Assembly: GCA_963794215.1 (NCBI GenBank)
Contig: CAWCCQ010000005.1
Location: 19,008-83,007 of the forward strand
Reading direction: 5' to 3'
DNA from: an uncultured Acidimicrobiaceae bacterium
Lineage (GTDB): Bacteria > Actinomycetota > Acidimicrobiia > Acidimicrobiales > RAAP-2
DNA length: 64,000 nt
In this document: positions 50,432 to 61,158 of the stretch, piece after piece
Layout: every line of letters begins with the position of its first letter
Position numbering within the stretch: position 1 is the first letter of the stretch
Notes under the pieces: model-generated
The model's input: only the letters and a program-made list of their open reading frames with translations
What the model was told of the DNA's origin: nothing
Database searches by the model: none
Translations under genes and position numbers: made by a program

Positions 50432-51277
50432 ATGAGCACGAACAGATCGACAGCGGGCACGTCGGACAGCCTCGGGCTTCTGCTGCGTGACCTGGACCGC
50501 TACCCGATGCCCGACCACGAGCAGCAGATCGAGCTGGCCAAGTTGGTGGCCAAGGGAGACCTGGACGCCCGTAACCAGATGGTGGCGGCGAACCTGCGAC
50601 TGGTCGTCCACTGGGCGAGGCGGTACCAGGACCGAGGTGTGGACCTTGCCGACCTCGTCCAAGAGGGCACCTTCGGACTCCTGCGGGCGGTCGAGAAGTT
50701 CGATTGGGAGCGCGGCTTTCGATTTTCCACCTACGCGACCTGGTGGATTCGTCAGGCGCTCCAACGGGCGGTCCAACAGCACGGTCGGACCATCCGGATT
50801 CCGCTCGAGGTCGGCGAGCACCTGCAGCGGCTCGACGCCACCACCGCGGAGCTCGCCGGCCAGCTCGGCCGAGCGCCGACCGAGGCCGAGCTCGACGAGG
50901 CCACCGGCATGACCGCAGCCGAGCGGCAGGACCTCGAGGGTCTCGCCCGTGTGGCCGCCAGCCTCGATCAGCCCGCCGCGTCGGACTCGGCAACGTCCCT
51001 TGGCGACTTGGTCGCGCCGGATGACGAGGACTGGGTGGCCGACGTCGACCAGACCTTGGTGCTCGAGAGGGTGCGCGGTGCGGTGGACCGGTTGCCCGAT
51101 CTCCAGCGTGACGTGCTTCGACTTCGCTTCGGCTTCGATGGTGACTCGCCGGCGTCGTTGCAGGCCACGGCCGAGCGGCTGGGCGTGGGCGTACGACGGG
51201 TTCGACGGGCCGAAGAAGAGGCATTGGCGGCCCTCGGCGCCGACATCGACGTGGTCGGCGCCCATCAGGCAGCCTGA
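50432..51277 (+). CDS. RNA polymerase sigma factor, sigma-70 family (regions 2, 3 and 4 present)
   Basis: 281 aa from ATG 50432 with DLVQEGTFGLLRAVEKFDWERGFRFSTYATWWIRQA (regions 2.2-2.4), RTIRIPLEV, and the region 4 HTH LQATAERLGVGVRRVRRAEEEAL. The subgroup is not resolvable by eye. Confidence 0.88.
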   Translation: MSTNRSTAGTSDSLGLLLRDLDRYPMPDHEQQIELAKLVAKGDLDARNQMVAANLRLVVHWARRYQDRGVDLADLVQEGTFGLLRAVEKFDWERGFRFSTYATWWIRQALQRAVQQHGRTIRIPLEVGEHLQRLDATTAELAGQLGRAPTEAELDEATGMTAAERQDLEGLARVAASLDQPAASDSATSLGDLVAPDDEDWVADVDQTLVLERVRGAVDRLPDLQRDVLRLRFGFDGDSPASLQATAERLGVGVRRVRRAEEEALAALGADIDVVGAHQAA

Positions 51278-51287
51278 CCGGCAGCGC

Positions 51288-52337
51288 TCAGGGCATCTCG
51301 ACGGTCCAGTCAGGGCCGTCGTCGGACAGCTCGGGGAGCTCTGGCACGAGCGACGCGAGCTCCGCCGGCAAGGGTGACGTCCACCGGGCCCGCCGTCCAG
51401 TCCCCGGGTGGTCGAAGCCGAGCCGCCAGGCGTGGAGAAACAGGCGCCCCGGGGTCAGCTCGAGGTCCGCGGGCGCTGCTCGGTTCGATCCGTAACGGTC
51501 GTCACCCGCCACGGGGTGCCCGACGGCGGCGAGATGCACCCGGATCTGGTGGGTGCGACCGGTGTCCAGGGCCAGCGCCAACAGGGTGGACGGCACGGGC
51601 GCCTCGTACCTGGCGAGCACCACGTAGCGGGTGCGGGCAGGCTTGCCCTGCGACGACACCGCCATACGCGTCGGGGTGCGGGCCGACCGCCCGATCGGCG
51701 CCTCGATGGCGCCGCGGTCCTCGGCAACGATCCCATGCGCCAGGGCCAGGTACCGGCGTTCGACCGATCGCACGCCCAGCTGGGCGACGAGAGACCGAAA
51801 TGCCCGGGGGGTGCGAGCCACGACCAGCAGCCCCGAGGTACCCCGGTCCAGCCGGTGGACGATGCCGGGGCGCTCGGGATCGCACACGCCCTCGAGCACC
51901 AGGTCGGCCAGGTCGGGATAGCGGGCCACTAGCCCGCCGGCCAGGGTGTGGTGGTGATGCCCGGCGCCCGGGTGGACGACCAGACCCGCGGGCTTGTCCA
52001 CCACCACCACGTCGGCGTCGTCGTAGACCACGTGGAGCTCGACGTCGGGCTCGGCGACAACCCCGGCCACCGGCGCGTTCATGGGCTCGACCTCGAGGAT
52101 GTCCGTTTGGGCCAGCGGCCGGCTGCCGGCGGTGACCGCTCTGCCACCCAGTTTCACGCGACCCGCAGCGACCAAGGCGGCGGCGGCGGCGCGAGAGACT
52201 CCGGTCAAGAGGGCCACCGCCCGGTCGATACGCACACCGTCGAGCAAGGCTGGGACCTCGATACGAAGCGGTACCAGGGCAGCACCGCCGTGAACGGCTT
52301 CCCCCGTGTTCCCGTCAGATGTCTCGTCAGAGCTCAC
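51288..52337 (-). CDS. rluD: RluA-family 23S rRNA pseudouridine synthase (RluD-like)
   Basis: N-terminal S4-like region, catalytic [14 protein letters not shown], and [11 protein letters not shown]. It is at the conserved position after lspA. Confidence 0.9.
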   Translation of the reverse strand: MSSDETSDGNTGEAVHGGAALVPLRIEVPALLDGVRIDRAVALLTGVSRAAAAALVAAGRVKLGGRAVTAGSRPLAQTDILEVEPMNAPVAGVVAEPDVELHVVYDDADVVVVDKPAGLVVHPGAGHHHHTLAGGLVARYPDLADLVLEGVCDPERPGIVHRLDRGTSGLLVVARTPRAFRSLVAQLGVRSVERRYLALAHGIVAEDRGAIEAPIGRSARTPTRMAVSSQGKPARTRYVVLARYEAPVPSTLLALALDTGRTHQIRVHLAAVGHPVAGDDRYGSNRAAPADLELTPGRLFLHAWRLGFDHPGTGRRARWTSPLPAELASLVPELPELSDDGPDWTVEMP

Positions 52338-52929
52338 CGGTCACGTCCTTGACCGGCGTGGTCGTGACGGCATCGGCCCGTCGGGAGCGTGACGGACCGG
52401 CCAGGAGCACGACGAGCACCACCACTCCCACCGTGATGCAACTGTCGGCAACGTTGAACGTGGGCCAGTGCGAGAGCGTGATGAAGTCGACGACCGAGCC
52501 ATGGTGACGTCGGAAGGCTCGATCGGCCAAGTTGCCCAGCGCCCCTCCGAGGATCAGCCCCAGGGCTAGGGCCACTCCCGTGCTTTTGGCTCGCCACGCC
52601 GCTACGAGGATGCCGATCACGAGTACGCCGGCGATCGGTCCGAGCAGCGCCGAACGGCCCGAAAAGAGGCTGAACGCGGACCCAGAGTTGTACCCGAGGT
52701 CGAGCCCCAAGGGACCGAGCAGGTGAACCGGTCGATGAAGGTCAGCCTCAGCCATCGACTTGGTGAGTTGGTCAACTGCCACTACCAGCCCCGCGAGCCC
52801 AAGGGCGCACACAAAGCGAGAGTGGCGCCGCCAACGGCCAGCGCGGCGACGAGGAGCCGTTGGCGCTTCAGGTGGCCCGAGCAGCCCGCGATGCTCGCTC
52901 AGCGACGTGTCAGGCCACCGCTCTTGCAT
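52327..52929 (-). CDS. lspA: lipoprotein signal peptidase II
   Basis: VDQLTK, NSGSAFS, GNLADR and FNVADS motifs. The start (ATG 52929) is tentative and overlaps the end of the upstream gene. Confidence 0.85.
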   Translation of the reverse strand: MQERWPDTSLSEHRGLLGPPEAPTAPRRRAGRWRRHSRFVCALGLAGLVVAVDQLTKSMAEADLHRPVHLLGPLGLDLGYNSGSAFSLFSGRSALLGPIAGVLVIGILVAAWRAKSTGVALALGLILGGALGNLADRAFRRHHGSVVDFITLSHWPTFNVADSCITVGVVVLVVLLAGPSRSRRADAVTTTPVKDVTGEL

Positions 52930-53651
52930 GCCACACACAGGCGGGCGTACGGCAGTGCCCGCAACCTGGCCTTGGGGATCGGCTGGTGGCAACGTTCGCA
53001 CGCGCCATAGGTCCTCGTGCCGATCCGGACCATCGCCGCGTCGATCTCCTCGACCGCGGCCAGCGCCTGCGCGGAGAGTGCCAGGTCACGCTCACGATCC
53101 ACGGTGACCGTGCCCCCCTCCCCGGACTCCTCGTCGAACTGGACGTCACCGGGCTCACGCTCTTGGGCGAGCGAGTCGGCCTCGGCCTTCAAGTCGGCGG
53201 CCTGGCCTTGGTACACGATCCGTTCGTGCTCCAACAGCTCCCGCTGGTCGGCCAGGAACTTGTCGTCGGTCGCATAGGGAGCATCCTGTGACGCCACTGA
53301 CCTACCTTTTGGCTCGGTGCCTTCCCGCTCCGCGGTCGCCGTGTTCTTCGTGGCGACCCGTCCCGAGACCGTCGCGTCGGAGCCATCACGGGTCTTGGTG
53401 CCAGCAGGCGGCCGGCGGGTCGCCGCACGGGATGAGGCGCCGAGCGCCTCCACCGGCTCTGCCCCGTTTTGGTCGGTCGGACCCGAGGACCCTCGCGCCG
53501 CGGTGGGTACGGTGCTCTTGGCCGCCGGGCTGGGTGTCTTGTCGGCCACCGGGCCCTTGGGGGTGGCACGCCGGGTCGTCGATCCCGTTGCTGGCTCCGA
53601 CGTCCCCTTGGCCGGCGTCTTGGCCGCGGGCGCCTTCTTGGCTGGGGTCAT
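52899..53651 (-). CDS. DksA/TraR-family C4 zinc-finger protein with a long basic Ala/Pro/Lys/Thr-rich N-terminal extension
   Basis: C-terminal coiled coil plus the four-Cys finger [26 protein letters not shown]. The first ~130 aa are [16 protein letters not shown]...-type low complexity. Confidence 0.8.
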   Translation of the reverse strand: MTPAKKAPAAKTPAKGTSEPATGSTTRRATPKGPVADKTPSPAAKSTVPTAARGSSGPTDQNGAEPVEALGASSRAATRRPPAGTKTRDGSDATVSGRVATKNTATAEREGTEPKGRSVASQDAPYATDDKFLADQRELLEHERIVYQGQAADLKAEADSLAQEREPGDVQFDEESGEGGTVTVDRERDLALSAQALAAVEEIDAAMVRIGTRTYGACERCHQPIPKARLRALPYARLCVACKSGGLTRR

Positions 53652-53836
53652 CTGGGTCCTCCTCCTCGACCGCGTGCCGGTCGGCGCGACCTCACGCCTC
53701 TGACCGGGTCAGGGGCGGGTGACGATAGCGGACCCGCCGCGAGCCGGCAATACTGACCCGGATCGGCCCGGGCAACGCGCCCAACTGGGGCGTTGGGACC
53801 GCTGGGTGTGAATGGACGGGGTGAGCTCCGAGTCGC

Positions 53837-54710
53837 TCAGGAACGGTCAGGTGGCGGCGATCCGCCCGCCGCGCCCCGAAGATCGAGCACCTGGGCAACC
53901 TCACCCTCGCCGTTGCTGTGTTCGTCGGAGCCCGCTCCAGCTGACACCGTAGCGGGCGGAGGGATCACCCTCGGCACCCCGGGGCGCCCGGAGCCGTCCG
54001 GCGTCGACGCAGAAGGCGGGGACACCGCAGGCGGAGCCGGTGGCGCGCCCATGGCGGGCCGCGATGGGTCCGCCGTGCCGATCGCGCCACGCGGGCGCTG
54101 GGGCCCGGACGTGCCGGAGCCCGGCTGGACGTTCTCGTCGACCCACTTCAGCACCTCGGTCAACGCGCCCCTGATCCGGTTGCGCTCGGACTCGAGGTGC
54201 CGGGCCATGGTCTCGACGTCCCCGGCCAGCTGGCCTCGCAGTGACTCGAGCCGCGCTACCTCCTCGCGGCAGACGCTGCTCGGCGTCATTGCTCCGCCGA
54301 CGGGCCTCCTCTTCGGCCTGGGCCAAGGTGGTACGGGCCCGCTCTTCGGCCTGGGAGATGACCTTTGACGCCTCGGCTTCGCTCTCCCGCTTGGTCTGGT
54401 CCACGAACCGCTGCGCCAGCAGCAAGGTCCGTTGCAGGGTGTCGTCGCTCACCACATCGAGCGCGGCACCGGCCGGCTCGGCGGGGGCCGGCGCCTCCCG
54501 GCGTTCGTTCTCGAGCTGACCGATCCGTTCCGACGCCTGGCGCAGGCGCTCGGACATCTGGCGGAGCTGCTCGTGCAGCGCCTCAGCCTCCACCGCCGCC
54601 TTCTCGAGGTACTCGTCGACCTCATCGACGTTGTAGCCCTTCAGGCCGAGACGGAACTCGACCGTGCGGAGCGTGTCGAGTATCGATTGGGCTGGCGGCG
54701 TGCTCTCCAT
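53837..54710 (-). pseudogene. divIVA: DivIVA/Wag31 cell-pole and division protein, one apparent frameshift as assembled
   Basis: From ATG 54710 the ORF reads ...LRTVEFRLGLKGYNVDEVDEYLEK plus coiled coil in the frame of ORF 53901..54935, up to NDAEQRL. It then continues as REEVARLESLRGQLAGDVETMARHLESERNRIRG in ORF 53837..54289. The shift is at about 54268 (CTGCCGCG). Confidence 0.85.
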
Positions 54711-54792
54711 GTGCGTCGAGTCTACCGCTCGCCCCGGCTCGACCCCGGCATAGCGCGGCCGGCGGGCGCCGAGGCCGCGGGCCCGCCGGCCA

Positions 54793-55053
54793 TCACGCGC
54801 CCCGCAGGAGCGGCAGGAGCACGATCTGGGCCACCAGGACCACCACGAGGATCGACAGGTCGATACCCATCCCCCCGGCGCGTATCGGCGGCAGGATGCG
54901 CCGTACCGGACGCAACACCGGTTCGGTGATGGCATCGAGCCCGCGGATGACCTTCTCGAACGTGGTGCCTGGGCGCACGGGGAACCAGCTGAGCAGTGCG
55001 CGGACGATCAGCAGGACGACGTACAGCTCGACGATGGCGACGAGGATCTGCAC
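54793..55053 (-). CDS. yggT: YggT-family membrane protein
   Basis: 86-aa two-TM ORF ...LLIVRALLSWFP... between sepF and divIVA, its conserved position. Confidence 0.85.
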   Translation of the reverse strand: MQILVAIVELYVVLLIVRALLSWFPVRPGTTFEKVIRGLDAITEPVLRPVRRILPPIRAGGMGIDLSILVVVLVAQIVLLPLLRGA

Positions 55054-55060
55054 GCGATGG

Positions 55061-55618
55061 TCAGGATCGGCCGAATCCCCGAGCCTGGAGCCGCTGGCGC
55101 TCCTCCTCGGAGAGCTTCACATTGGTGGGGGCAAGAAGGAACACCTGGTCGGCCACCTTCTCCATCTCACCGCTCAGCGCGTACGTGACGCCGCTGCAGA
55201 AGTCGATCATCCGGCGCTGGAGATCGCGCTCGGCAACTTGGAGATTGACGATGACCGGGCGGTTCGACTTGAGACAGTCCGCGATGTCCTTGGCGTCACC
55301 GAAGCGCGACGGTGCCACCACTTCCACCTTGGCCGACTCGGACGACAATGGCCGCACACTCGACGAACGGGGGGTGACTACGGCCGGCTCCGGGCGTTGT
55401 GCGCTCGATGGGCTCTCGACGGGCATGGTACGGATGCGACGAACTGGCGCCGGGCTCGAAGCGCGTTCTTCGGGCAGGTCGTCCGCCGAGCGCGTTTCGA
55501 CGCGACTCGACACGGAGAACCCCCTCGGTGCGCGGTCCTCGTAATCGTCGTGGTCGTCGTACTCGTCGTCGACGAGACCGAGGTAGACCATCGTCTTCTT
55601 CAAGAAGGAAGTGGCCAT
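55061..55618 (-). CDS. sepF: cell division protein SepF
   Basis: N-terminal MATSFLKKTMVYLGLVDDE amphipathic and acidic start. The C-terminal domain carries DAKDIADCLKSNRPVIVNL..DFCSGVTYALSGEMEKV. Confidence 0.9.
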   Translation of the reverse strand: MATSFLKKTMVYLGLVDDEYDDHDDYEDRAPRGFSVSSRVETRSADDLPEERASSPAPVRRIRTMPVESPSSAQRPEPAVVTPRSSSVRPLSSESAKVEVVAPSRFGDAKDIADCLKSNRPVIVNLQVAERDLQRRMIDFCSGVTYALSGEMEKVADQVFLLAPTNVKLSEEERQRLQARGFGRS

Positions 55619-55793
55619 GGCATCTCTCCTGGTTGACAGCGTAGTGCGTGACGAGGCTCAGAGGAGCCCGCTGGCGGGACGGAAATGGCCGGGATGCAAA
55701 TTCCCCGGAGCGATACTTCCCGGACCGGCGCGCCTCGTTGGTCCTCGGGTGCCACCAAATGGGTGCCTAGGGCAGACCGGAGCAGTACGGCGG

Positions 55794-56498
55794 TCACCGG
55801 CTGGGCTCTCGGGTCGAGTGTGGCCGAGCATGTGCACTCGGGCGATCACCGAACAGGCCCCGTCCCACTCGGACCATGGTGGATCCTTCTGCCACCGCCA
55901 GCGCCAGATCATCGGTCATGCCCATGGAGCGCTGCGGCAACTCCAGGCGGTCGGCCAACGTGCGGACGGTGCGGAAGGCGTCGCGTGCACCCGCGGGGTC
56001 GCGTGGGGCGAGCGTCATGAGACCGGCGACGTCCAGACCCATCCCTCGAAGGGTCCGCACCAAGGTGGGCACGGCGTCGGGCGGGACGCCGTTGCGGCCG
56101 GTCTCGCCGGTGGTCTCGACCTGCACCAGCACGGTGGAACCCGGCGCCGCCTGGGTGATCGCAGTCCCCTCCGCCGACCGAGCCACCGACTGCCAGCAGC
56201 TCACCCGCGGGGCTAACCGGCGGACCATTCGTCGCTGGATCGCGCCGAGGTAGTGCCATCGCGGCCCGGGTGCCGAGGCGGGGAACGCCGACGCTTTGTC
56301 GAGCAGCTCGTCGGCGTAGTTCTCGCCGATCTCGACGAGCCCCGAGCGGAGCGCCGCTTGCACCGCGTCGGATCCGAATCCCTTGGTCACCGCGACCACC
56401 GTCACCCGATCCGGATCGCCACCGGCCCGGTCGATCGTGTCGCGCACCGCTGCCAGCCGATGTGCCACGTGCTCCGTGAGTGACACGGCCGCCCGCAC
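55794..56498 (-). CDS. yggS: YggS-family pyridoxal-phosphate homeostasis protein
   Basis: VVAVTKGF (PLP Lys), EIGENY, WHYLGAIQRR and SMGMTDDL motifs. The start is GTG 56498 or 56486, just after the ftsZ stop. Confidence 0.9.
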   Translation of the reverse strand: MRAAVSLTEHVAHRLAAVRDTIDRAGGDPDRVTVVAVTKGFGSDAVQAALRSGLVEIGENYADELLDKASAFPASAPGPRWHYLGAIQRRMVRRLAPRVSCWQSVARSAEGTAITQAAPGSTVLVQVETTGETGRNGVPPDAVPTLVRTLRGMGLDVAGLMTLAPRDPAGARDAFRTVRTLADRLELPQRSMGMTDDLALAVAEGSTMVRVGRGLFGDRPSAHARPHSTREPSR

Positions 56499-56503
56499 CG
56501 GGC

Positions 56504-57616
56504 CTAACGGAGGAAGGACGGAACGTCGAAGTCGTCGTCGCCGAGGTCGAGCTCGTCGCCGGCGTCCTCGGCGAAGATGTCCACCGGTGGCGAGTCGGGC
56601 GATTGGCGTCCGCGACCCTCGGGTGCAGAGGACGACGGTTGAGAGGGCCGGCCGCCCACTTCCTCCCAACGTTCGAAGCCGGCGGCGATGACCGTCACGC
56701 GGACCTCGTCGCCCATCGAGTCGTCGATCACGGCGCCAAAGATGATGTTCGCGTCGGGGTGCGCCACCGAGTGGATGATCTCGGCCGCCTCGTTCACCTC
56801 GAAGAGACCGAGATCCGAGCCACCGGCGATATTGAGCAGGATGCCGCGCGCGCCCTCGATGGAGGCCTCCAGCAGCGGACTGGTGATGGCGGCCCGGGCG
56901 GCGTTGACCGAGCGCCCGTCGCCACTCGACCCCCCGATGCCCATGATCGCGGTCCCGGCGTTGGTCATGACCATCTTCACGTCAGCGAAGTCCGTGTTGA
57001 TGAGGCCCGGCACGGTGATCAGGTCGGTGATGCCCCGGACCCCCTGCAAGAGCACCTCGTCGGCCATCTTGAACGCGTTGAGCATCGACGTCTTGTCGTT
57101 CGAGACGCTCAGCAGGCGATCGTTGGGAATCACGATGAGCGTGTCGACCTTCTCCTTGAGAACCTGAATCCCTTTTTCGGCCTGCATCGCACGACGGCGG
57201 CCCTCGAAGGTAAACGGTCGAGTCACCACGCCAATGGTCAGCGCACCCATGCCCTTGGCGATTTCTGCGATGACCGGCGCCGCACCCGTGCCGGTGCCCC
57301 CGCCCTTGCCGGCAGTGATGAAGACCATGTCGGCGCCTTGGAGCGCCTCCTCGATCTCGGTGCGATGCTCGTCCGCCGCCTGGCGGCCCACGTCGGGGTC
57401 GCTTCCCGCACCGAGCCCCCGAGTCAGCTGACGCCCGATGTCGAGCTTGAGGTCCGCGTCGCTCATCAACAGGGCCTGCGCGTCGGTGTTGGCGGCGATG
57501 AACTCCACGTTTCGCAGCCCGGCGTCGATCATCCGGTTGACGGCGTTCACGCCACCGCCTCCCACGCCGACGACCTTGATGACGGCGAGGTAGTTGCTCT
57601 GCGGCGGGACGGTCAT
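56504..57616 (-). CDS. ftsZ: cell division protein FtsZ
   Basis: [13 protein letters not shown], the tubulin signature [13 protein letters not shown], and the C-terminal peptide [10 protein letters not shown]. Confidence 0.98.
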   Translation of the reverse strand: MTVPPQSNYLAVIKVVGVGGGGVNAVNRMIDAGLRNVEFIAANTDAQALLMSDADLKLDIGRQLTRGLGAGSDPDVGRQAADEHRTEIEEALQGADMVFITAGKGGGTGTGAAPVIAEIAKGMGALTIGVVTRPFTFEGRRRAMQAEKGIQVLKEKVDTLIVIPNDRLLSVSNDKTSMLNAFKMADEVLLQGVRGITDLITVPGLINTDFADVKMVMTNAGTAIMGIGGSSGDGRSVNAARAAITSPLLEASIEGARGILLNIAGGSDLGLFEVNEAAEIIHSVAHPDANIIFGAVIDDSMGDEVRVTVIAAGFERWEEVGGRPSQPSSSAPEGRGRQSPDSPPVDIFAEDAGDELDLGDDDFDVPSFLR

Positions 57617-57872
57617 GAACTCCCTCGGTGCTGAAGTGGTAGGGGTCGGCAGGTCACGATTCCTTTCGTAGCCCTCGTACTGCCGACGGGTCGGCTTCCG
57701 CCTCGATCGGAGCCGTTCTCAACCTCTGATGGAGGTTGAAGCCGCGCGCGCGACGGGGCACACGATACGGGGAGCGCCGTACGCGGTCAAGCAAGGGTTC
57801 CCAGCTCCGGGGTGCTCCCCGCGGTGCTGGGACAAAAGGCTCGAGTTCAGTGCGAAACTGCGACGCCCAGCG

Positions 57873-58784
57873 TCACGGACCGCTAATGACCGGCGAGCCT
57901 GAGACGCGCACGTCGATGACGTCGCCGGGGTGCAGCGTGGCATGCACAAGGATCGTGGCGACGTCGTCGTACTTGGTCTCGAGATCCGTCGGGGTGCCGA
58001 GCAGGACGGTGATCGGCGTGGTGAGCTGCAGACGGACCGCGTCGGCGGATTGGGCATTGATCACCGTCACCTGTCCGGAGAACGCCGCCGGCAGCGTCGA
58101 CGCCACCTCGACGCCCGCCCACGCGCGCTGCGAAAGCCATGTCCCTGGAGGCGTGGGCGTCGCCGGCACTCGCAGCTGCACCAGTCCCGCCGGAGCCGAG
58201 GTCACGTCGGCCAACACTCGCCCGGTGCGGTCGACCTCCGCCCAACCACTCGCACCGGCGGCGACGACGGCCACGGGGACCCGCCGGGTGACCGACACCC
58301 GTACGCCATCGGGCCATGACCGCGACACCGTGGCCCGACCGACCCACGGCAACTGTTGCACCATCAGCGCCGCCCGCCCCGGGTTCACGTCGATGAGCGG
58401 GGGGTGCCCCGCGAGACCGGCCGCCGCGATCACGCTCGGGTCCTGGCCGGCGGGCGCGCCCACCACGGTGATCACACGGGCCGACAACAACCCGCTGTGC
58501 GCGATGAACCAGCCGGTCACGCCCAGCACGACGACCGTACCGGCGGCCAGCAGCACGATCAGCCGTCGCCGACTGCGGCCCCGCGACACGTCGGCGCGGC
58601 GACGCAGGATGCGCGGGTCCACGTCGGGTGCCGCCACGTCCTGATCGCTGCGGTCGGAAGCTCCCGACCGCCTGGGCCGCCATCGGTTCTTCCACGTCGA
58701 CCAGTCGCGCACCTTCGATGTCGAGCGACGCCCGTGGCTCGGGCGCCGTCGTGTGGCTGTCGGGGCACGGGCGGGGGTCATCAC
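57873..58784 (-). CDS. ftsQ: cell division protein FtsQ (POTRA domain)
   Basis: Basic N-terminus, a single TM (LIVLLAAGTVVVLGVTGWFI), then a POTRA-like VITVVG...VQQLPWVGRATVSRSWPDGVRVSVTRR. The start overlaps the murB stop as GTGA. Confidence 0.8.
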   Translation of the reverse strand: MMTPARAPTATRRRPSHGRRSTSKVRDWSTWKNRWRPRRSGASDRSDQDVAAPDVDPRILRRRADVSRGRSRRRLIVLLAAGTVVVLGVTGWFIAHSGLLSARVITVVGAPAGQDPSVIAAAGLAGHPPLIDVNPGRAALMVQQLPWVGRATVSRSWPDGVRVSVTRRVPVAVVAAGASGWAEVDRTGRVLADVTSAPAGLVQLRVPATPTPPGTWLSQRAWAGVEVASTLPAAFSGQVTVINAQSADAVRLQLTTPITVLLGTPTDLETKYDDVATILVHATLHPGDVIDVRVSGSPVISGP

Positions 58785-59767
58785 TGCTCGGTCCCATTCT
58801 CGCTCGCAGCGAATCCCACCAGACGGACCTCGGTGCGCAGCACGACGCCCGAGGTGCGGGCGACCGCGGCCCGTACGAGCTCGATCAGCTCCACCACGTC
58901 GTCGGCCGACCCTCCTTGGTCGGCCATGATGAAGTTGGCGTGCTTCTCCGACACGTGGGCCGAGCCGTGCCGGTGGCCCTTCATGCCACTCAGCTCGACC
59001 AACCGGCCCGCCGAGTCACCCTCGGGATTCACGAAGACCGAACCGGCGTTGGCTCCCCCAGGCTGGTGCTCGCGGCGCCAGCGGACGATCTCGGCAATCG
59101 TCGCCCTCCCGTGGGCCCGGTCGCTGGCGGCAAGGAGGAACTCGGCCCAAAGGATCGCTTGGGACTCGGAGACCGACGAACTGCGGTAGCCGAGAGCCAG
59201 CCGCTCGGGACCTGATGCCCCGCCGGCCGGCGCGCACAGGTCCACCCAGCCGTAGCGGACGAGAGTGGCGGCGATGTCCGACCCGTGCCCGCCGGCGTTC
59301 ATTCGCAGGCCGCCGCCGACGGAGCCAGGGACCCCGACCGCCCACTCGAGGCCGCCCAACCCGGCCTCCACCGTCTTGCGCGCAAGCACCGGCAGGCCCA
59401 CCGCTCCCCCGGCTCGCACGACCGCACCGCCCTCGGGCCCGTCGTGCGGACCGATGGTCAACTCGGCGAACTCGCCCCCGAGGTGCACCGCCACGCCGGC
59501 AAACCCGGCGTCGGCCACCAACATGTTCGAGCCGCGGCCCACCACCAGCACCGGAAGCGATCCACCGCGCAGGGCTCGGCGCACGGCGAGGAGGTCGGCC
59601 GGCGATCGGGCGTCGACCCCGATGGCGGCAGACCCACCTACCCGGTAGGTCGTGAGCGAGCCCAGCTCGGCGCCGACGCGTGCGAGGGGGCCGAGCTCCC
59701 GGGCCACGCGGGCCAACTCCTCGCGGCCCGATCCGTCGCGGCCCGATCCGTCGCACATGCTCACCAC
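58781..59767 (-). CDS. murB: UDP-N-acetylenolpyruvoylglucosamine reductase
   Basis: TYRVGG, VVGRGSNMLV, GVPGSVGGGLRMNAGGHG and SEKHANFIM motifs. The N-terminus has a DGSGR-DGSGR duplication. The start is GTG 59767 or 59764, or ATG 59758. Confidence 0.9.
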   Translation of the reverse strand: MVSMCDGSGRDGSGREELARVARELGPLARVGAELGSLTTYRVGGSAAIGVDARSPADLLAVRRALRGGSLPVLVVGRGSNMLVADAGFAGVAVHLGGEFAELTIGPHDGPEGGAVVRAGGAVGLPVLARKTVEAGLGGLEWAVGVPGSVGGGLRMNAGGHGSDIAATLVRYGWVDLCAPAGGASGPERLALGYRSSSVSESQAILWAEFLLAASDRAHGRATIAEIVRWRREHQPGGANAGSVFVNPEGDSAGRLVELSGMKGHRHGSAHVSEKHANFIMADQGGSADDVVELIELVRAAVARTSGVVLRTEVRLVGFAASENGTEQ

Positions 59768-61158
59768 CTCGGCGCGGCGAGCAGCTCGTCAGGCAAGTTG
59801 GTGAGGTCGCCCGCTCCGAGCGTGCAGCAGAGATCCCCCGGAGCCAGCAATCGCGACACGACGGACCGCAGCTCCCCATGGCCGGGGGCGTACAGCACCG
59901 GGACGTCAGGATCCTGCTCGGCGATGGCATCAGCGATGAGCTTGCCCGACACTCCGGGCACCGCCGGCTCGCCGGCGCTGTAGACATCGGTCACCACGAC
60001 CGCGTCGGCGTCGTGGAAGGCGGTCCCAAACGCCCCCGACAGGGCGGCAGTGCGGGTGTAGCGGTGCGGCTGGAACACCGCCACCACGCGCGCCCATCCT
60101 CCGGCCTTCGCCGCGGCGAGCGTCGCCCTCACCTCACTCGGCAGGTGGGCGTAGTCGTCGACAAAGGTGACGCCGTTTACCTCACCGCGAAACTCGAAGC
60201 GTCGAGGCACCCCGGCGAACCGGGCCAGCGCAGCGGCCACGGCGGCGAAGGGGACCCCCAGCCCGAGGGCGACCACGGCGGCCACAGCGGCGTTGGCGGC
60301 GTTGTGCACCCCGGGCACCGGAACCCGCAGGCTGCCCAGCGGGCCTCTCGGACCGATCAGCCCGAACCCAACGGCACTCCGACTGAGCGCCAGGTCGACC
60401 ACGCGGTACTCCGAATCCACCGTGGTCCCCACCCGTCGGGCGCCAACGGCTCGACCGAGCCCGTCGGCCACCGGGTCGTCGGCCCACACGACCGATCCAC
60501 CCACCGCCCCCCCAAGGAAACGGGCGAACGCGCTGCGCAGCGCGTCGAACGTCCCGTAGTGGTCGAGATGGTCGGCTTCGACGTTGGTCACGACGGCGAT
60601 CTCGGCGTCGAGCGCGGTAAAGGTGCCATAGCTCTCGTCGGCTTCGAGGACCAGCCACTCGCCGCTGTCCCACACTGCGTTGGTGCCGATCTCGTTGACG
60701 TCGGCACCGATCAAGAAGGACGGGCGCAGGCCGGCCTCCACCATCATGAGCGCCAGCATCGAGGCCGTGGTTGTTTTGCCGTGGGTGCCCGCAACAGCCA
60801 CGGTGCGGCGGGCGGCGGCGATCGCCGCCAACACGGCCGAGCGGTGCAACACCGGTACGCCCCGCCGACGTGCCTCATGGACCTCGGGGTTGGACTCTGC
60901 GACCGCGGGAGAACGGGTGAGCGCGTCGAGGGGGCCGAGGTTGTCGGGTTGGTGGCCGATGGCGACGGGGATCCCCCGCTCGACGAGACGGCGCGTCACC
61001 GGGGACTCCTTCAGGTCGCTGCCGGTGACCCGGCAGCCCATCGAGGCCAGCACCGTAGCGATGGCGCTCATGCCGGCGCCGCCGATCCCCACGATGTGCA
61101 CCCGACGCATGGTCCCGAGATCGAGGACCGTCCCGCTCTGGGGACCCGGGTCACTCAC
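59761..61158 (-). CDS. murC: UDP-N-acetylmuramate-L-alanine ligase
   Basis: VHIVGIGGAGMSAIA and GTHGKTTTASM motifs in a Mur ligase three-domain layout. GTG 61158 overlaps the end of murG. Confidence 0.93.
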   Translation of the reverse strand: MSDPGPQSGTVLDLGTMRRVHIVGIGGAGMSAIATVLASMGCRVTGSDLKESPVTRRLVERGIPVAIGHQPDNLGPLDALTRSPAVAESNPEVHEARRRGVPVLHRSAVLAAIAAARRTVAVAGTHGKTTTASMLALMMVEAGLRPSFLIGADVNEIGTNAVWDSGEWLVLEADESYGTFTALDAEIAVVTNVEADHLDHYGTFDALRSAFARFLGGAVGGSVVWADDPVADGLGRAVGARRVGTTVDSEYRVVDLALSRSAVGFGLIGPRGPLGSLRVPVPGVHNAANAAVAAVVALGLGVPFAAVAAALARFAGVPRRFEFRGEVNGVTFVDDYAHLPSEVRATLAAAKAGGWARVVAVFQPHRYTRTAALSGAFGTAFHDADAVVVTDVYSAGEPAVPGVSGKLIADAIAEQDPDVPVLYAPGHGELRSVVSRLLAPGDLCCTLGAGDLTNLPDELLAAPRW

